Positions 46,258 to 56,190 of a stretch of 64,000 nt of DNA are shown here, in pieces. The notes under the pieces are model-generated. The model saw nothing but the letters and a program-made list of their open reading frames with translations. It was not told where the DNA came from and made no database searches. Every line of letters begins with the position of its first letter. The stretch's first letter is position 1. Source of the stretch: Actinomycetota bacterium (GTDB lineage Bacteria; Actinomycetota; Geothermincolia; Geothermincolales; RBG-13-55-18); assembly GCA_003598015.1 (NCBI GenBank), contig QZKE01000079.1, positions 9,468-73,467 on the forward strand. Reading direction: 5' to 3'. The translations under genes were made by a program, and so were the position numbers.

Positions 46258-47214
46258 ATGTCTGTCGTCGCCGTCACCGGTTGCTCGGGCTATATCGGCT
46301 CGCGCTTGCTCCGCTTCATGCACGAGAGCGAGAAGGTCTCCAGGATCATCGGGGTGGACCTGAATCCGACGCGCCATGAGACCCCCAAGATGGATTTCCA
46401 CCGCATGGACGTGCGCGATCCGTCCATCATCAACCTCTTCACCCTCAACAACGTGGAGACGGTGGTACACCTGGCTTTCATCGTCAATCCCATGCACGAC
46501 GACGACCTCATGCACGATATAGACGTCAACGGTACCCGCAACGTGCTGGCCGCTACCGCGGCGTGCGTGGCGCGGCACCTGGTGGTGGCCTCCTCGACCA
46601 CCGCCTTCGGGGCTTTTGCCGACAACCCCGACTGGCTGAGCGAGAATGACCACCCCCGCCGCCAGACCAATTACACCTACGCCTCCGACAAGTACGAGAA
46701 CGAGATGAGCATCCGCATCTTCAAGGAGGAGAACCCGCAGGTGAAGGTGGCGGTAGTGCGTCCGTGTATCGTCTACGGCCCCAACGTCGATAATTACATC
46801 TCGCGCTTTATCCTCAGGCTGCCCTTCCTGCCCGCCGTGGGGGGCGAGAAGCCGGATATGCAGTTCGTGCACGAGGACGATGCCGCCGAGGTCTTCATGC
46901 GCATCGTCGAGAAGGAGGCGGAGGGATATTTCCATGCCTGCGGGGAGGGGACCATCAACACCGAGGAGATCGCCCGCATGGCCGGCAAGCCGGTCATACC
47001 TATACCGGAGTGGCTGGTCTACCCCGCCATGGACCTGTTGTGGAAACTCCACGCCCCCCTGATCGAAGGCCCCTCCGGCCTAGTGGATTTCATCCGTTAC
47101 CGCTGGACCGCGTCGGACGAGCTGACGCGGGAGGCACTGGGACTGGGACCGCGCAAGCACTCCCGCGACGTGGTGCGCCTCATGCTGGAAACCCACGGCA
47201 TAACCCCGCGTTGA
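46258..47214 (+). CDS. NAD-dependent epimerase/dehydratase (extended SDR)
   Basis: 318 aa with VAVTGCSGYIGSRL (GxxGxxG) and YASDK (YxxxK). Confidence 0.8.
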   Translation: MSVVAVTGCSGYIGSRLLRFMHESEKVSRIIGVDLNPTRHETPKMDFHRMDVRDPSIINLFTLNNVETVVHLAFIVNPMHDDDLMHDIDVNGTRNVLAATAACVARHLVVASSTTAFGAFADNPDWLSENDHPRRQTNYTYASDKYENEMSIRIFKEENPQVKVAVVRPCIVYGPNVDNYISRFILRLPFLPAVGGEKPDMQFVHEDDAAEVFMRIVEKEAEGYFHACGEGTINTEEIARMAGKPVIPIPEWLVYPAMDLLWKLHAPLIEGPSGLVDFIRYRWTASDELTREALGLGPRKHSRDVVRLMLETHGITPR

Positions 47215-47288
47215 ACCGCCGGGGGGTCAGCCAGCGGTTTTCCGCATCCCGTACCGTCGCCGGCAGCCCCGTATCGTTCCCTGTAGAA

Positions 47289-48587
47289 TTAAGGGGATTG
47301 CACGACTTTCAAGAGCGCGCCGGCTCCGTCCGCCTGCGGCGAACAGAGAGGCGCCAGCCGATCGAAAAAGGCGTCGGGATCTATGACGTCCTCGGGCGCG
47401 AATACCCCACGGCGCTCGATAATGCCACTGCCCAGCATGTCCAGCCCCAGCGCCAGCGGTATCCCCGTCATTCCGCCCATCGAGCCGGCAGGCAAGGAGG
47501 CCAGGCTCGCGGCCGCGTACGCCTCCCCCCCGTCCTTGATCCCCTCTGCGCAGGCGAAGAGCACGGGCAGGTTCGGTCCCACGTCCTTCGGAGCCCGGAT
47601 GAAGCGGAGGGCGTCCTCCATCCCCATCTGGCGCCGGGCCAGCTTCCCCGCCAGCCATGCCAGCCCTTTTTTCGTCGCTTCCCATTGCGGCCTCCTGCTG
47701 CGCGGGTCGGGGGTGAGTCTTTCCGCCGCCTCCTGGACGAGTGCGGTGGCCTCGGCAATGCTCGTTCTCCCGCTATCGATCCTGCGCCGCAGCCAGAACA
47801 GCAGGGCTATCACTTCGCCCGGCAGGACCATGACGTTGTAGCTGGCCTTCAGTTCGGGGTAGCGCCGGGGCAGAGTGACGGGCTCCGGATGGCCCACGGT
47901 ATGGGCTATCCTCGTGCCCGATCCGGGGAATACGACGGGTATCTCCTGCAGGGGGGTGGTAGCGACAAACTCACCGCCCTCGAGGACCCGGATGGCCCCG
48001 GATACCTGCTTCAGCCAGTGGTCGTATGCGGCCCGGAACGAGCCGCCCGTGCCGGGCTGGAGCTCCTCGAGACCCTCGGGGTCGTCCGTCGATTCCCCCC
48101 AGCCGGTAATGAGGGAAAGCGTGGAATCCAGCGCCTGCGCCGCCTTCACCGCAAGGAGGTTGGTAATCCCGGGGCTGGCTCCCATGCCCAACACGGCGGT
48201 TATCCCGGCCTTGCGCGCTTCTCCGTCCATGGCGAGCATGTCCAGAGTCGGCTCCCAGTCGTCGCAGATATCCAGGTAGTGGCAGGATGAATCAATGGCG
48301 GCCTCGAGGATAGAGGGGCCGAACATGTAGAAAGGGCCCGTGGTGTTGAGCACGACATCCGCCTGGTCGAGAAGGTGTTTCAGGCTTTCGAGATCGGTGA
48401 TATCCGCCCGTGCCGAAACACCTTTCTCTCCCACCCAGTTATCGGCTACCTCCCTTGCCCTGGCCTCGTCGCGATCCACTACCACGATCTGCTCGACGCA
48501 AGCGAAAGTGGCGGCGGTCCTGACGGCATAGCGTCCCATGCCTCCGCCGGCTCCCAGTGCTACGATTCTCATTCCTTGCCCGGTCAC
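47289..48587 (-). CDS. saccharopine-dehydrogenase-family NAD(P)-binding protein (paralog 1)
   Basis: MRIVALGAGGGMGRYAV Rossmann motif. I prefer the GTG at 48587, 8 nt after AAGGAGG. The listed ORF extends to 48644. Confidence 0.7.
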   Translation of the reverse strand: MTGQGMRIVALGAGGGMGRYAVRTAATFACVEQIVVVDRDEARAREVADNWVGEKGVSARADITDLESLKHLLDQADVVLNTTGPFYMFGPSILEAAIDSSCHYLDICDDWEPTLDMLAMDGEARKAGITAVLGMGASPGITNLLAVKAAQALDSTLSLITGWGESTDDPEGLEELQPGTGGSFRAAYDHWLKQVSGAIRVLEGGEFVATTPLQEIPVVFPGSGTRIAHTVGHPEPVTLPRRYPELKASYNVMVLPGEVIALLFWLRRRIDSGRTSIAEATALVQEAAERLTPDPRSRRPQWEATKKGLAWLAGKLARRQMGMEDALRFIRAPKDVGPNLPVLFACAEGIKDGGEAYAAASLASLPAGSMGGMTGIPLALGLDMLGSGIIERRGVFAPEDVIDPDAFFDRLAPLCSPQADGAGALLKVVQSP

Positions 48588-48748
48588 TACGTCAACCTCC
48601 TTATTCGTCAGCGTCTGTGTAGAAAACCACCGCGTTGGCGTCACTCCCCATCAACACGAACCGGTTCCCATCTTCGCAAGGCCGGACGGGATGCGGCTCG
48701 GGCTCGGCCTGCCTCCCCCGCCGCCGCTCTGCGCGCGCGTCCGCCGGT

Positions 48749-49819
48749 TCAATCTACGGCGTCGGCGGCCTGTTCCCGGTTCCCCGCCATGCGTCTGGCC
48801 TCGGCCCTCCTCCCCCGCTGCATGCCAAAGAAGCTTCCGGCGAGTACCGCCGCCAGCGAGATCAGCACGTCCGCCAGCTGGGCCTGGGCGACGCTTGCAC
48901 CTTCCGCTCCCGCCAGCCAGAAGGGAAGTCCGGCGGCAAGCCCGGCCCCCAGCGATACGATTACGAGCAGCCAGCATATGGCGTATATTCCCAAGGGTTT
49001 CTTGCGCGCATCCAGTAACGCCGGGGTCAGGCGCATGTCCGGTCTCACCTGGAGTTGCGATTCGTAAAACGTCCACGCTGCAAGCACCAGAAAGGTCAGC
49101 GCCGCGCTCGCCGCCAGCGTCCAGATATCCGTTACACCCGTTCCCGAGGCCGCCTTGAGAGCCTCCTCCTTGACCCCTTTGAGCCCGATGGAAAAGGCGA
49201 TGATCAGCGCGACGATGCTCCAGGGCAGGGCGTAACCTTTCACATAGTAACTGGCTATGGACGGTGGCGGGTTGCCGCTGGCTTGCGACGAAACCGCCGC
49301 CGCGAAAACGGCGAGGTCACGCTTCAGCCGCCATCCCAGGAGCGAGGTACTGGTCAGCATGGCCGCGCCACACGCGATCAGTATGACCCAGATGGGAGCG
49401 ATATGATCGGCTCCGCTGAACCACAGGACAAGCAGCAGCAGGCCGGCCATGGCGAAGCCCGCCGCCAGGCCCACGGGAGCGATGCGGAACCAGGGGTTTC
49501 CGGGCTGCTCTCGGTGGCCTCCGCGGTCGTGATACGCGGGCTCGCCGGGCGCCATCTCCCATTTTCCCCGCACATAGGCATTACGCGCGCTCACCAGCGT
49601 CACAACCGGGGCGAGCGCGCTGAGCAGGGGGACGAACATGAGGATGTAGCCCTGCACGGCGAGAGTCCTATGGTTGAATGCACTGCCGATCAGGGCGAAG
49701 TAGATCCCCCCCATGATGATCGCGTCCACGCCGACCGTGATGAGGTTCTCGATATACGAGCTCTTCACCTGCCACGCCAGCGGGTGCGGATGTTTCTTAC
49801 CCTCGACTCGGCTTTCCAT
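48749..49819 (-). CDS. hypothetical polytopic membrane protein
   Basis: 356 aa with about 8 hydrophobic helices and no motif I recognise. Confidence 0.55.
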   Translation of the reverse strand: MESRVEGKKHPHPLAWQVKSSYIENLITVGVDAIIMGGIYFALIGSAFNHRTLAVQGYILMFVPLLSALAPVVTLVSARNAYVRGKWEMAPGEPAYHDRGGHREQPGNPWFRIAPVGLAAGFAMAGLLLLVLWFSGADHIAPIWVILIACGAAMLTSTSLLGWRLKRDLAVFAAAVSSQASGNPPPSIASYYVKGYALPWSIVALIIAFSIGLKGVKEEALKAASGTGVTDIWTLAASAALTFLVLAAWTFYESQLQVRPDMRLTPALLDARKKPLGIYAICWLLVIVSLGAGLAAGLPFWLAGAEGASVAQAQLADVLISLAAVLAGSFFGMQRGRRAEARRMAGNREQAADAVD

Positions 49820-49905
49820 CTCAGCCTCCAGTACGGTGATTCACGTCAACTCCCCCGAGGTTGTTGTTCCCGGGGAGACCCCACGGCCAGGCTGATGTAC
49901 GTCTT

Positions 49906-51318
49906 TCACCGCCTCTCCCGATTCATCAGGCTTTCCTCCTGCTTCGCCACGTAGGCCATGAGCATACCCCTTAGCTTTTCCGCCAAGGGCGGATCGGATA
50001 GCGGCCTGGTGAATATGCGGCCGCGTCCGTCCTTGTTCCCGTACGCTATTCCGGGATCGGGTTCGTACTCCAGCTCCGTACGTGCCTGTGTCGCGTGGGG
50101 CATCTCCAGCACGTCCCCCAGCCAGTACGGCCGGAAGCGATTGCGGCAGGGGTGCCCGGGGTGAAACCACATTGTGCAGCGCTTGGGTTCCAGCAGTATC
50201 CCGTACAGCGTGTAGGAGACGATCCTTTCCACCAGGGCCGCCTCGAAATCGCGCCGCTTTATATGATTCCAGAAGTTCCAGGGATGGGCGCAGATGGTGG
50301 AGTCGTCTATGCGCTCCTCGTACCACCTCCGCTCGATGCCATATTCCCGCAGAGGCCCGTAATCGCAGCCGTGGTCCGAGGTGATGGCCTGCGCCACCGC
50401 CGGGTCGATCCCGCCGTGGTGGGAACGCAGCAGATCCCACGCCCTGGCCAGCCGGGCATAGGAACCGGATATCAGGGGTTCGGCCGCCGGATCGACGCTG
50501 CCCGTCTCGGCGCGGTCGATGAACTGGTGGTGGTTGGTGGAAGCGAGCAGGCCGTCAAATCGCGACGCGGGCGTAACCTCCAGGTGATGGTGGCTGTATT
50601 CGATGAGCGCGGCATCCCCGCGGGCATCGCCGACGAGCAGGTTGGCGTTGAGCATGATGGCCGAGGCCTGCCCGGGCAGCACGAACCTGGGATTGGCCTC
50701 CATCACCGACACCGCCCCCGCCACGTCGGCGTGTTCCTCCATCATCATGTTGTTGAGCTCGAAGAAGGTCAGCCCGTCCCCGCCGTCGGTCATACCCACG
50801 GCGTTGTAGACACAGCTCAGCCCCTCCGAATTCATCAGGCCGAAACCGTAGGTCAGGGGAAGGCCCATGAAGCTGTGGTCGATGCACAGGTAGGATTTAC
50901 AGCCTTTTATCCTGCGTACGTAGAAGGGGAAGCGCCCCATGAAGTTGCGCCACCATCGCGGCAGGTCCAGGTTCCAGTTGAGGAAGGCCCTGCCGTCCCG
51001 CGTCGCCGGCGGTACGGCCGCGAAATTCGTGCATGCCGGCGCCGGGAAGGGATTGCCCGGACCTGCCGAGAGCAGCCTGTTCCGTTCCAGGCCGGCGCTC
51101 CTCGCCAGCCCCTCCAGGCGCTCCAGGGCACGCGGGTAAAATTGCGCGAGCGTTTTCTCCCTGTGGCGCAGTGAATCGGCGCGCAGGGGACGGGTATGGC
51201 GCAGGATTTTCCGATAGGCGTCTCCGTATCTCCTGCCCAGCACCAGGCCGTATGCGTAATCGCCCGCCGCTTCGATAACCGTCAGCGGAGAACCTTCCCT
51301 CACCCTGTTTGATACCAT
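49906..51318 (-). CDS. C45-family (Ntn) acyltransferase/hydrolase-like protein
   Basis: About 470 aa from ATG 51318 (GGAAGGAGG 10 nt upstream). The candidate nucleophile is in PAPACTNFAAVPPATRDGRAFLNWNLD. The listed GTG at 51429 adds a low-complexity leader. Confidence 0.5.
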   Translation of the reverse strand: MVSNRVREGSPLTVIEAAGDYAYGLVLGRRYGDAYRKILRHTRPLRADSLRHREKTLAQFYPRALERLEGLARSAGLERNRLLSAGPGNPFPAPACTNFAAVPPATRDGRAFLNWNLDLPRWWRNFMGRFPFYVRRIKGCKSYLCIDHSFMGLPLTYGFGLMNSEGLSCVYNAVGMTDGGDGLTFFELNNMMMEEHADVAGAVSVMEANPRFVLPGQASAIMLNANLLVGDARGDAALIEYSHHHLEVTPASRFDGLLASTNHHQFIDRAETGSVDPAAEPLISGSYARLARAWDLLRSHHGGIDPAVAQAITSDHGCDYGPLREYGIERRWYEERIDDSTICAHPWNFWNHIKRRDFEAALVERIVSYTLYGILLEPKRCTMWFHPGHPCRNRFRPYWLGDVLEMPHATQARTELEYEPDPGIAYGNKDGRGRIFTRPLSDPPLAEKLRGMLMAYVAKQEESLMNRERR

Positions 51319-51430
51319 CGCAAGACCGCCTCCTTCCGTGGAAGCACCGCCATTATCCGATCTCCCACAGCGGCACGAAGTTCCATCCGGCGCCCCGGGC
51401 CGCGGGACCGCAACAAACTCCGCCAACACC

Positions 51431-52552
51431 TCACACGCGCAAGGGTTCGGACATCTCTTCTCCCTCGTACAGCCTTATCCCATCCTCGGCCAGCCGGGTC
51501 AGGAATTCCCGGGGCTCGAGACAGGCCTCGGGCGCCATCACCCCCTTTTCTTTCACTTTACCCTCGCCCAGCATCTGTATGGCCACCGAGGGGGGGAGGC
51601 CGGTGAGCAGATCCATATGCGCCGCCGCGCCGTAGACCACTTGCCCCCATCTGCCTGCCTTCTTGCCGGTGACGTCCACGCGGCAGGCGGAGCAGGTCTC
51701 CCGCGGCCGGTAGAACAGCCTGGCCAGGGGGGTCAGTACGTGCGTCGCGTACCAGACGGTCATGTCCATGCGGCGCGGCGTATCGTAGAGGTGCATGCGC
51801 TCGCCCAGCATGGTCATACCGGCCATGATACCGTCCGCGAAGCCCCCCTTCAGGGTGACCGTCCTGGCGTTGATATAGCGGGGGATGGTGACCGGCTCGG
51901 GATGGCCCAGGTTATATACGTACACGTCGCCCACGGGCTCCGGAAAGCGCACCCTCTCCTTCCCGGAACCGGCGGGCACCATCACCCGCCTCCCTCCCTG
52001 GAAAGAGGGAACGGCGCCGTGGAAGATATGCAGGGTATGATAGATAACCGCCTTGCCCTCGGTGTCTCCGCTGTGGCATCCCCAGGATACGGCGACCTCG
52101 TCGACCTCGTCGAAGCAGGAGGAAGCCTTACGGGCCAGCACGTTGGTGACGCCCGGCGTCCAACCCACGCCGGTGATCATGGTGACCTCCGCCGCCCTGG
52201 CCTCGCCGTCCAATTGCAGGACGTCCACGGCGGCGTCGTTGTCGTCGCAGATGCTCACGTAATGAGCGCCCGCCTCGATACAGGCTCTCGCCATCTTCAC
52301 CTCGTATTTGTAGAAGGGTCCGACCGCTCCCAGGGCCACGTCGTAACCCCGCAGGGCCCCGACCAACTTGGCGTGGTTGTCCACATCCACCTTCAGGTAG
52401 GTGCATTGCGGACCCAGTTCCCCGGCGAGCGCCCGTGCTGCTGCGATGTTGCAGTCGGCGACCGCCAGCTCCTCGACCGCGGTCCGGGAGGCAAGGTCCT
52501 TCACCGTCAGCCTCCCCATCGCCCCGGCTCCACCCAGTGCAATCACCCTCAT
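51431..52552 (-). CDS. saccharopine-dehydrogenase-family NAD(P)-binding protein (paralog 2)
   Basis: 373 aa with the MRVIALGGAGAMGRLTV Rossmann motif. Overall it is collinear with paralog 1. Confidence 0.7.
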   Translation of the reverse strand: MRVIALGGAGAMGRLTVKDLASRTAVEELAVADCNIAAARALAGELGPQCTYLKVDVDNHAKLVGALRGYDVALGAVGPFYKYEVKMARACIEAGAHYVSICDDNDAAVDVLQLDGEARAAEVTMITGVGWTPGVTNVLARKASSCFDEVDEVAVSWGCHSGDTEGKAVIYHTLHIFHGAVPSFQGGRRVMVPAGSGKERVRFPEPVGDVYVYNLGHPEPVTIPRYINARTVTLKGGFADGIMAGMTMLGERMHLYDTPRRMDMTVWYATHVLTPLARLFYRPRETCSACRVDVTGKKAGRWGQVVYGAAAHMDLLTGLPPSVAIQMLGEGKVKEKGVMAPEACLEPREFLTRLAEDGIRLYEGEEMSEPLRV

Positions 52553-52602
52553 GTCCTCAACTCCTTTTTGCTTGCTCTACCGCGGGTGCGGCACAGCAGC
52601 CG

Positions 52603-54228
52603 TTATCTGCCCGCGATCTCGTTGATCAAGGCTCTCGCCTGCGGGTACCAGCCCGTCCTGGTCGCTACCTGCTCTCCGAGTTCCTGGTACTGGTCCGCGG
52701 CGCTCGTGTATGCGGGCCATGCCTCCAGACCCTCGCCGTTGGGATCACCCGTCGCGGTGAAATTCACCCAGTATGCCATCATTGTGCGCGACAGGCCGGT
52801 GTCGACGGGATTCCCGGCGACATCCTCCACCTCTTGCATGAAATTCCCGAAAACGTAGAATATCTCCAGGCCGTGGAAGACGCCGAATTGCCCCAGCAGC
52901 GGAAGATCCGGATTCCTTGTGAAGCGGTAGAGGTAGGCGTCTGAAGCCTTCCCCTCCATGCATGCAGCCGCGTATCTTGCACCCGCTGCGAATCCCATGA
53001 CGGTTATTACGTCGTCGAGGGCATTCAACACTTCGGCTTCGCTTCTGCCGGGAGGAAACAGCGCCAGCACCTCCTGCGCATACGGCCCGTATGCCGCCTC
53101 CATGAGGCCCGCGTACTCCTGTGGCGTCATCTTCAAGCCGTAGAGAAAAAGGCTTCCCTCGTCGGAATTGGTGCCGATGAGCAGGGGGACGTCCATGTGC
53201 TTGCCGGTCCCGAAGAGGGTGGCGGGATCATCGGGGATGGCCCAGCCGTCCACCACGGGCCTGAATCTGACGCCCGTGTGCGCTTCGTAGTCGTCGAAAG
53301 CGGCAGTGAGTACCTCGTCGGCCGGCTTCTCGCGCATGGCCGTCGCGACGTCTCCCGCCTTGTCGCAGCCCAGACCGACGGCGATCTTCTCTCCCGTGAC
53401 GTATGCTTTGTCCAGGGTATCTTCCCGTGCTTGAGCGGTCGCCCAGCCGGTCGGGTAAGCGAGGTAGAAGGAACCGCTCTCTGAGATGGCGCGATCGAAA
53501 AGGCCTTCCGCAAGAGGGCTTACCATCATATCGATGATACTTATCGCTCCCGCGGACTGTCCGCATACGGTTACCCGTTCGGGATCTCCACCGAAAGCGG
53601 CGATGTTCTCCTGCACCCATTCCAGGGCGGCTATCTGGTCAAGTAGCCCGTAGTTTCCCGACACGCCATGCTCCGATTCGGCGCTGAGGGAGGGATGACA
53701 CATGTACCCGAAGGGGCCGATTCGGTAATTGAAAGAGACAAACACCACGCCCTGCTCCGCAAGGTTGCCGCCGTCATAGGTATCGAGGCTGGCCGCCCCG
53801 GTGGTAAAGCTGCCGCCGTGGATCCACACCATGACCGGAAGCCTTTCGCCGGGGCTTGCGGCGGGCGTCCATACATTGAGATAGAGGCAATCTTCGCTCG
53901 TTTTCCCCACGTCGTAGATGGGTGTCTCGGGCTGAGGGCACGCCAGGCCGAAGTCGCTGCAGTAGAGGATGTCATCCCAGGGCTCCACGGGCTGCGGTTC
54001 TCTCCATCTCAGCTCGCCCACCGGTGGCGCGGCATATGGAATCCCAAGGTATGTCCAGATGCCATCCTCCTGCTGTCCGCCCACCCTGCCGCTGTATAAC
54101 TGCATGACGTTCATTCCGCTTACCCCAGCTTCTTCATCCTTACCGTTCGTGCAGACGGATGCAGATAATGCCGCTGCAGCGCACAGGATTACAACGGCAA
54201 TGCAAACGAAGATATTGTTGTGTCGCAT
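52603..54228 (-). CDS. type-B carboxylesterase (secreted)
   Basis: 541 aa with an N-terminal signal peptide. The oxyanion motif is WIHGGSFTTG and the nucleophile elbow is CGQSAGAIS. Confidence 0.85.
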   Translation of the reverse strand: MRHNNIFVCIAVVILCAAAALSASVCTNGKDEEAGVSGMNVMQLYSGRVGGQQEDGIWTYLGIPYAAPPVGELRWREPQPVEPWDDILYCSDFGLACPQPETPIYDVGKTSEDCLYLNVWTPAASPGERLPVMVWIHGGSFTTGAASLDTYDGGNLAEQGVVFVSFNYRIGPFGYMCHPSLSAESEHGVSGNYGLLDQIAALEWVQENIAAFGGDPERVTVCGQSAGAISIIDMMVSPLAEGLFDRAISESGSFYLAYPTGWATAQAREDTLDKAYVTGEKIAVGLGCDKAGDVATAMREKPADEVLTAAFDDYEAHTGVRFRPVVDGWAIPDDPATLFGTGKHMDVPLLIGTNSDEGSLFLYGLKMTPQEYAGLMEAAYGPYAQEVLALFPPGRSEAEVLNALDDVITVMGFAAGARYAAACMEGKASDAYLYRFTRNPDLPLLGQFGVFHGLEIFYVFGNFMQEVEDVAGNPVDTGLSRTMMAYWVNFTATGDPNGEGLEAWPAYTSAADQYQELGEQVATRTGWYPQARALINEIAGR

Positions 54229-54622
54229 CGTCTATACCCCCTATAAGAAAGACCTGTTCACATGGCATTCTCGCTATCCAGGGCTGCCTCGTTTTGCTGT
54301 GCCTCCTCCATACCGTGGCCCTGGCGGTGAAACGGACAGAGATCCTAAAGGTGATATTTTATCACCTTCCATTTTTAACATATCCTCAAGGGATTGGCAA
54401 CACACTCATCACGGCTCATCACGGCCCCATGCGGGCGGTGACGATTTGATGAGAAGGAGATCCTGGCATGACGATCTGCTGTTGACGGAGCAGCCAGGCA
54501 TCGTATCGCCGGCGACTGGGAAGAGCAAGGCGAGGCAGGAGAGGCGGTTGCCATCGCAAGAGGGTGGACCGCCTCGGCCGTTTCTTCCATACTTAATGCG
54601 GAACGGTGAGGTGAATCCAAAT

Positions 54623-55258
54623 ATGAGGGAAAATCGGGACGTGGCGGGACGCAGAAAACAACCTCCGGTCGTCCCCAGCACCGCGAGGGGACGCATTACG
54701 CGGCAGCGCCTTGTAGAGGCCGCCATCCTGGCCATCGGGGAGAAGGGGATCGCAGAGACCCGCGTGGCGGAGATTACACGCAGAGTCGGCTGCGGCTATG
54801 GAACATTCTACAAGTACTTCTCCAGCAAGATCGACCTGGTACGTCAAGTTATGACGGAGGTATACGACGAGATCCACAGAGAGAGCTTTCCGCCGATCTC
54901 GGACCAGGCAACCCCTGAAGAACTGGTGCGCGTCGGTATAACCAGTATGGTCGAGGTCATCGACAAGCATCGCAATATCCTGCTGGCGCTGGAGCGTGCG
55001 GTAGGCCTGGACTCCGATCTGCTCGCACTGCGCGACAAGTTGCTCCACCGCGACGTGGAGGAACTGGAGCGGCGCATCCACTTGTTTGAAAGGGCGGGTT
55101 ACGGCCTCGGGCTCGACCCCTTCGCCGTTTCCCTGGCCCTGAACAGCATGGTGGAGGAGATGTCGCGGCGCTGGTTATTCTACGAGGATCGCATCAGCGA
55201 GGAGGTCTTCATCGATACCATAGTCGGCATATTCATGGCCATCTTCCGAGAGAAATAG
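54623..55258 (+). CDS. TetR-family transcriptional regulator
   Basis: Only the last 211 codons of the listed 429-aa ORF are credible. They read RITRQRLVEAAILAIGEKGIAETRVAEITRRVGCGYGTFYKYFSSKIDL. The ATG at 54623 follows GGTGAGGTGA. The upstream part is antisense to the esterase gene. Confidence 0.85.
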   Translation: MRENRDVAGRRKQPPVVPSTARGRITRQRLVEAAILAIGEKGIAETRVAEITRRVGCGYGTFYKYFSSKIDLVRQVMTEVYDEIHRESFPPISDQATPEELVRVGITSMVEVIDKHRNILLALERAVGLDSDLLALRDKLLHRDVEELERRIHLFERAGYGLGLDPFAVSLALNSMVEEMSRRWLFYEDRISEEVFIDTIVGIFMAIFREK

Positions 55259-55381
55259 GAAGTCAAGAGTTGCCCGGGAGTAGCATGGTGAATGCCCTCC
55301 GCCCAGGGTCTGGCGCGGCCTCGATGACCAGCAAGCTACTTTCCAGCCTATGTACCCGGTTAACCAGGGAGAACAGGCCGG

Positions 55382-55603
55382 TTAGATGCTGACTTCCTGG
55401 TCCTCTTTTTCCAGCTTTGGTTTGCGCAACAGGGGTATGAGGACGATGGCCCCCAGTGCCAGGGTGCCGAGGAGATATTTTCTGGGATCTTCACCCCTCT
55501 TCTTCGCGGCGTTATAGGCGATGGGGGCTTCCAGGGAATGACCGATCACGGCCGCGGCGATCCATATCTTTAGGAACTTCTTGGTCCAGTCCGGAACTTT
55601 CAT
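55382..55603 (-). CDS. small membrane protein, paralog A
   Basis: 73 aa from ATG 55603 (GGAGG RBS). It shares AAKKRGEDPRKYLLGTLALGAIVLIPLLRKPKLEKE with the neighbouring gene. Confidence 0.55.
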   Translation of the reverse strand: MKVPDWTKKFLKIWIAAAVIGHSLEAPIAYNAAKKRGEDPRKYLLGTLALGAIVLIPLLRKPKLEKEDQEVSI

Positions 55604-55757
55604 GGCTACCTCCATGATGTTTCAGCAAGTGCAGCGCCTCCGCCATGCGGGCAGACAAATCATGGGCGATATATGGTCGATCGCCGTTTATTGAACCGTT
55701 TGTCGGCGGGAACAAACAGGGAAACGATCGCCGCACCGTTCCGACTTCGAAAAGCGG

Positions 55758-55967
55758 CTAGATATCCACCGCCTTGCTCTCTTTCCCCAGCTTGGGTTTG
55801 CGCAGCAGGGGGACCAGCACGAATACCCCGAAGACCGAGGTCAGAAGGAAGTATTTTACCGGGCTCTTGCCCCGCTTCTTGGCCGCGCGCATGGCGATGA
55901 GCGCCTCGAAGCTATGCATGACGGCGAGTTGCTTAGCGATCTTCATCATCTTGTCGCTCTGTTCCAT
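55758..55967 (-). CDS. small membrane protein, paralog B
   Basis: 69 aa from ATG 55967 (GAGGAGG RBS): ...AAKKRGKSPVKYFLLTSVFGVFVLVPLLRKPKLGKE. Confidence 0.55.
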   Translation of the reverse strand: MEQSDKMMKIAKQLAVMHSFEALIAMRAAKKRGKSPVKYFLLTSVFGVFVLVPLLRKPKLGKESKAVDI

Positions 55968-56190
55968 GATGACCTCCTCTGGATGAACCTGTGGCCGCGG
56001 GCATTGCTCCCGGGAACGAATCGCCTCTACACCTCGAGACCGAGAGGAAAAGACCCGAAACCCCACTTTGACGGACATTACCCTCGCCCATATCGGGATA
56101 GGGTAAAATCATTATAGCAGAGCCCCTGCCGGGCTGGGCCCGGCCGCGGGCGGAGAGGGAGGACATAGAGACCAGGGAGAAGGACGGGAT

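Noticed and set aside
53969-54622. N-terminal 218 codons of the listed 429-aa plus-strand ORF.
   Set aside because: This part is antisense to the carboxylesterase gene start. The TetR HTH begins after the ATG at 54623, which has its own RBS.
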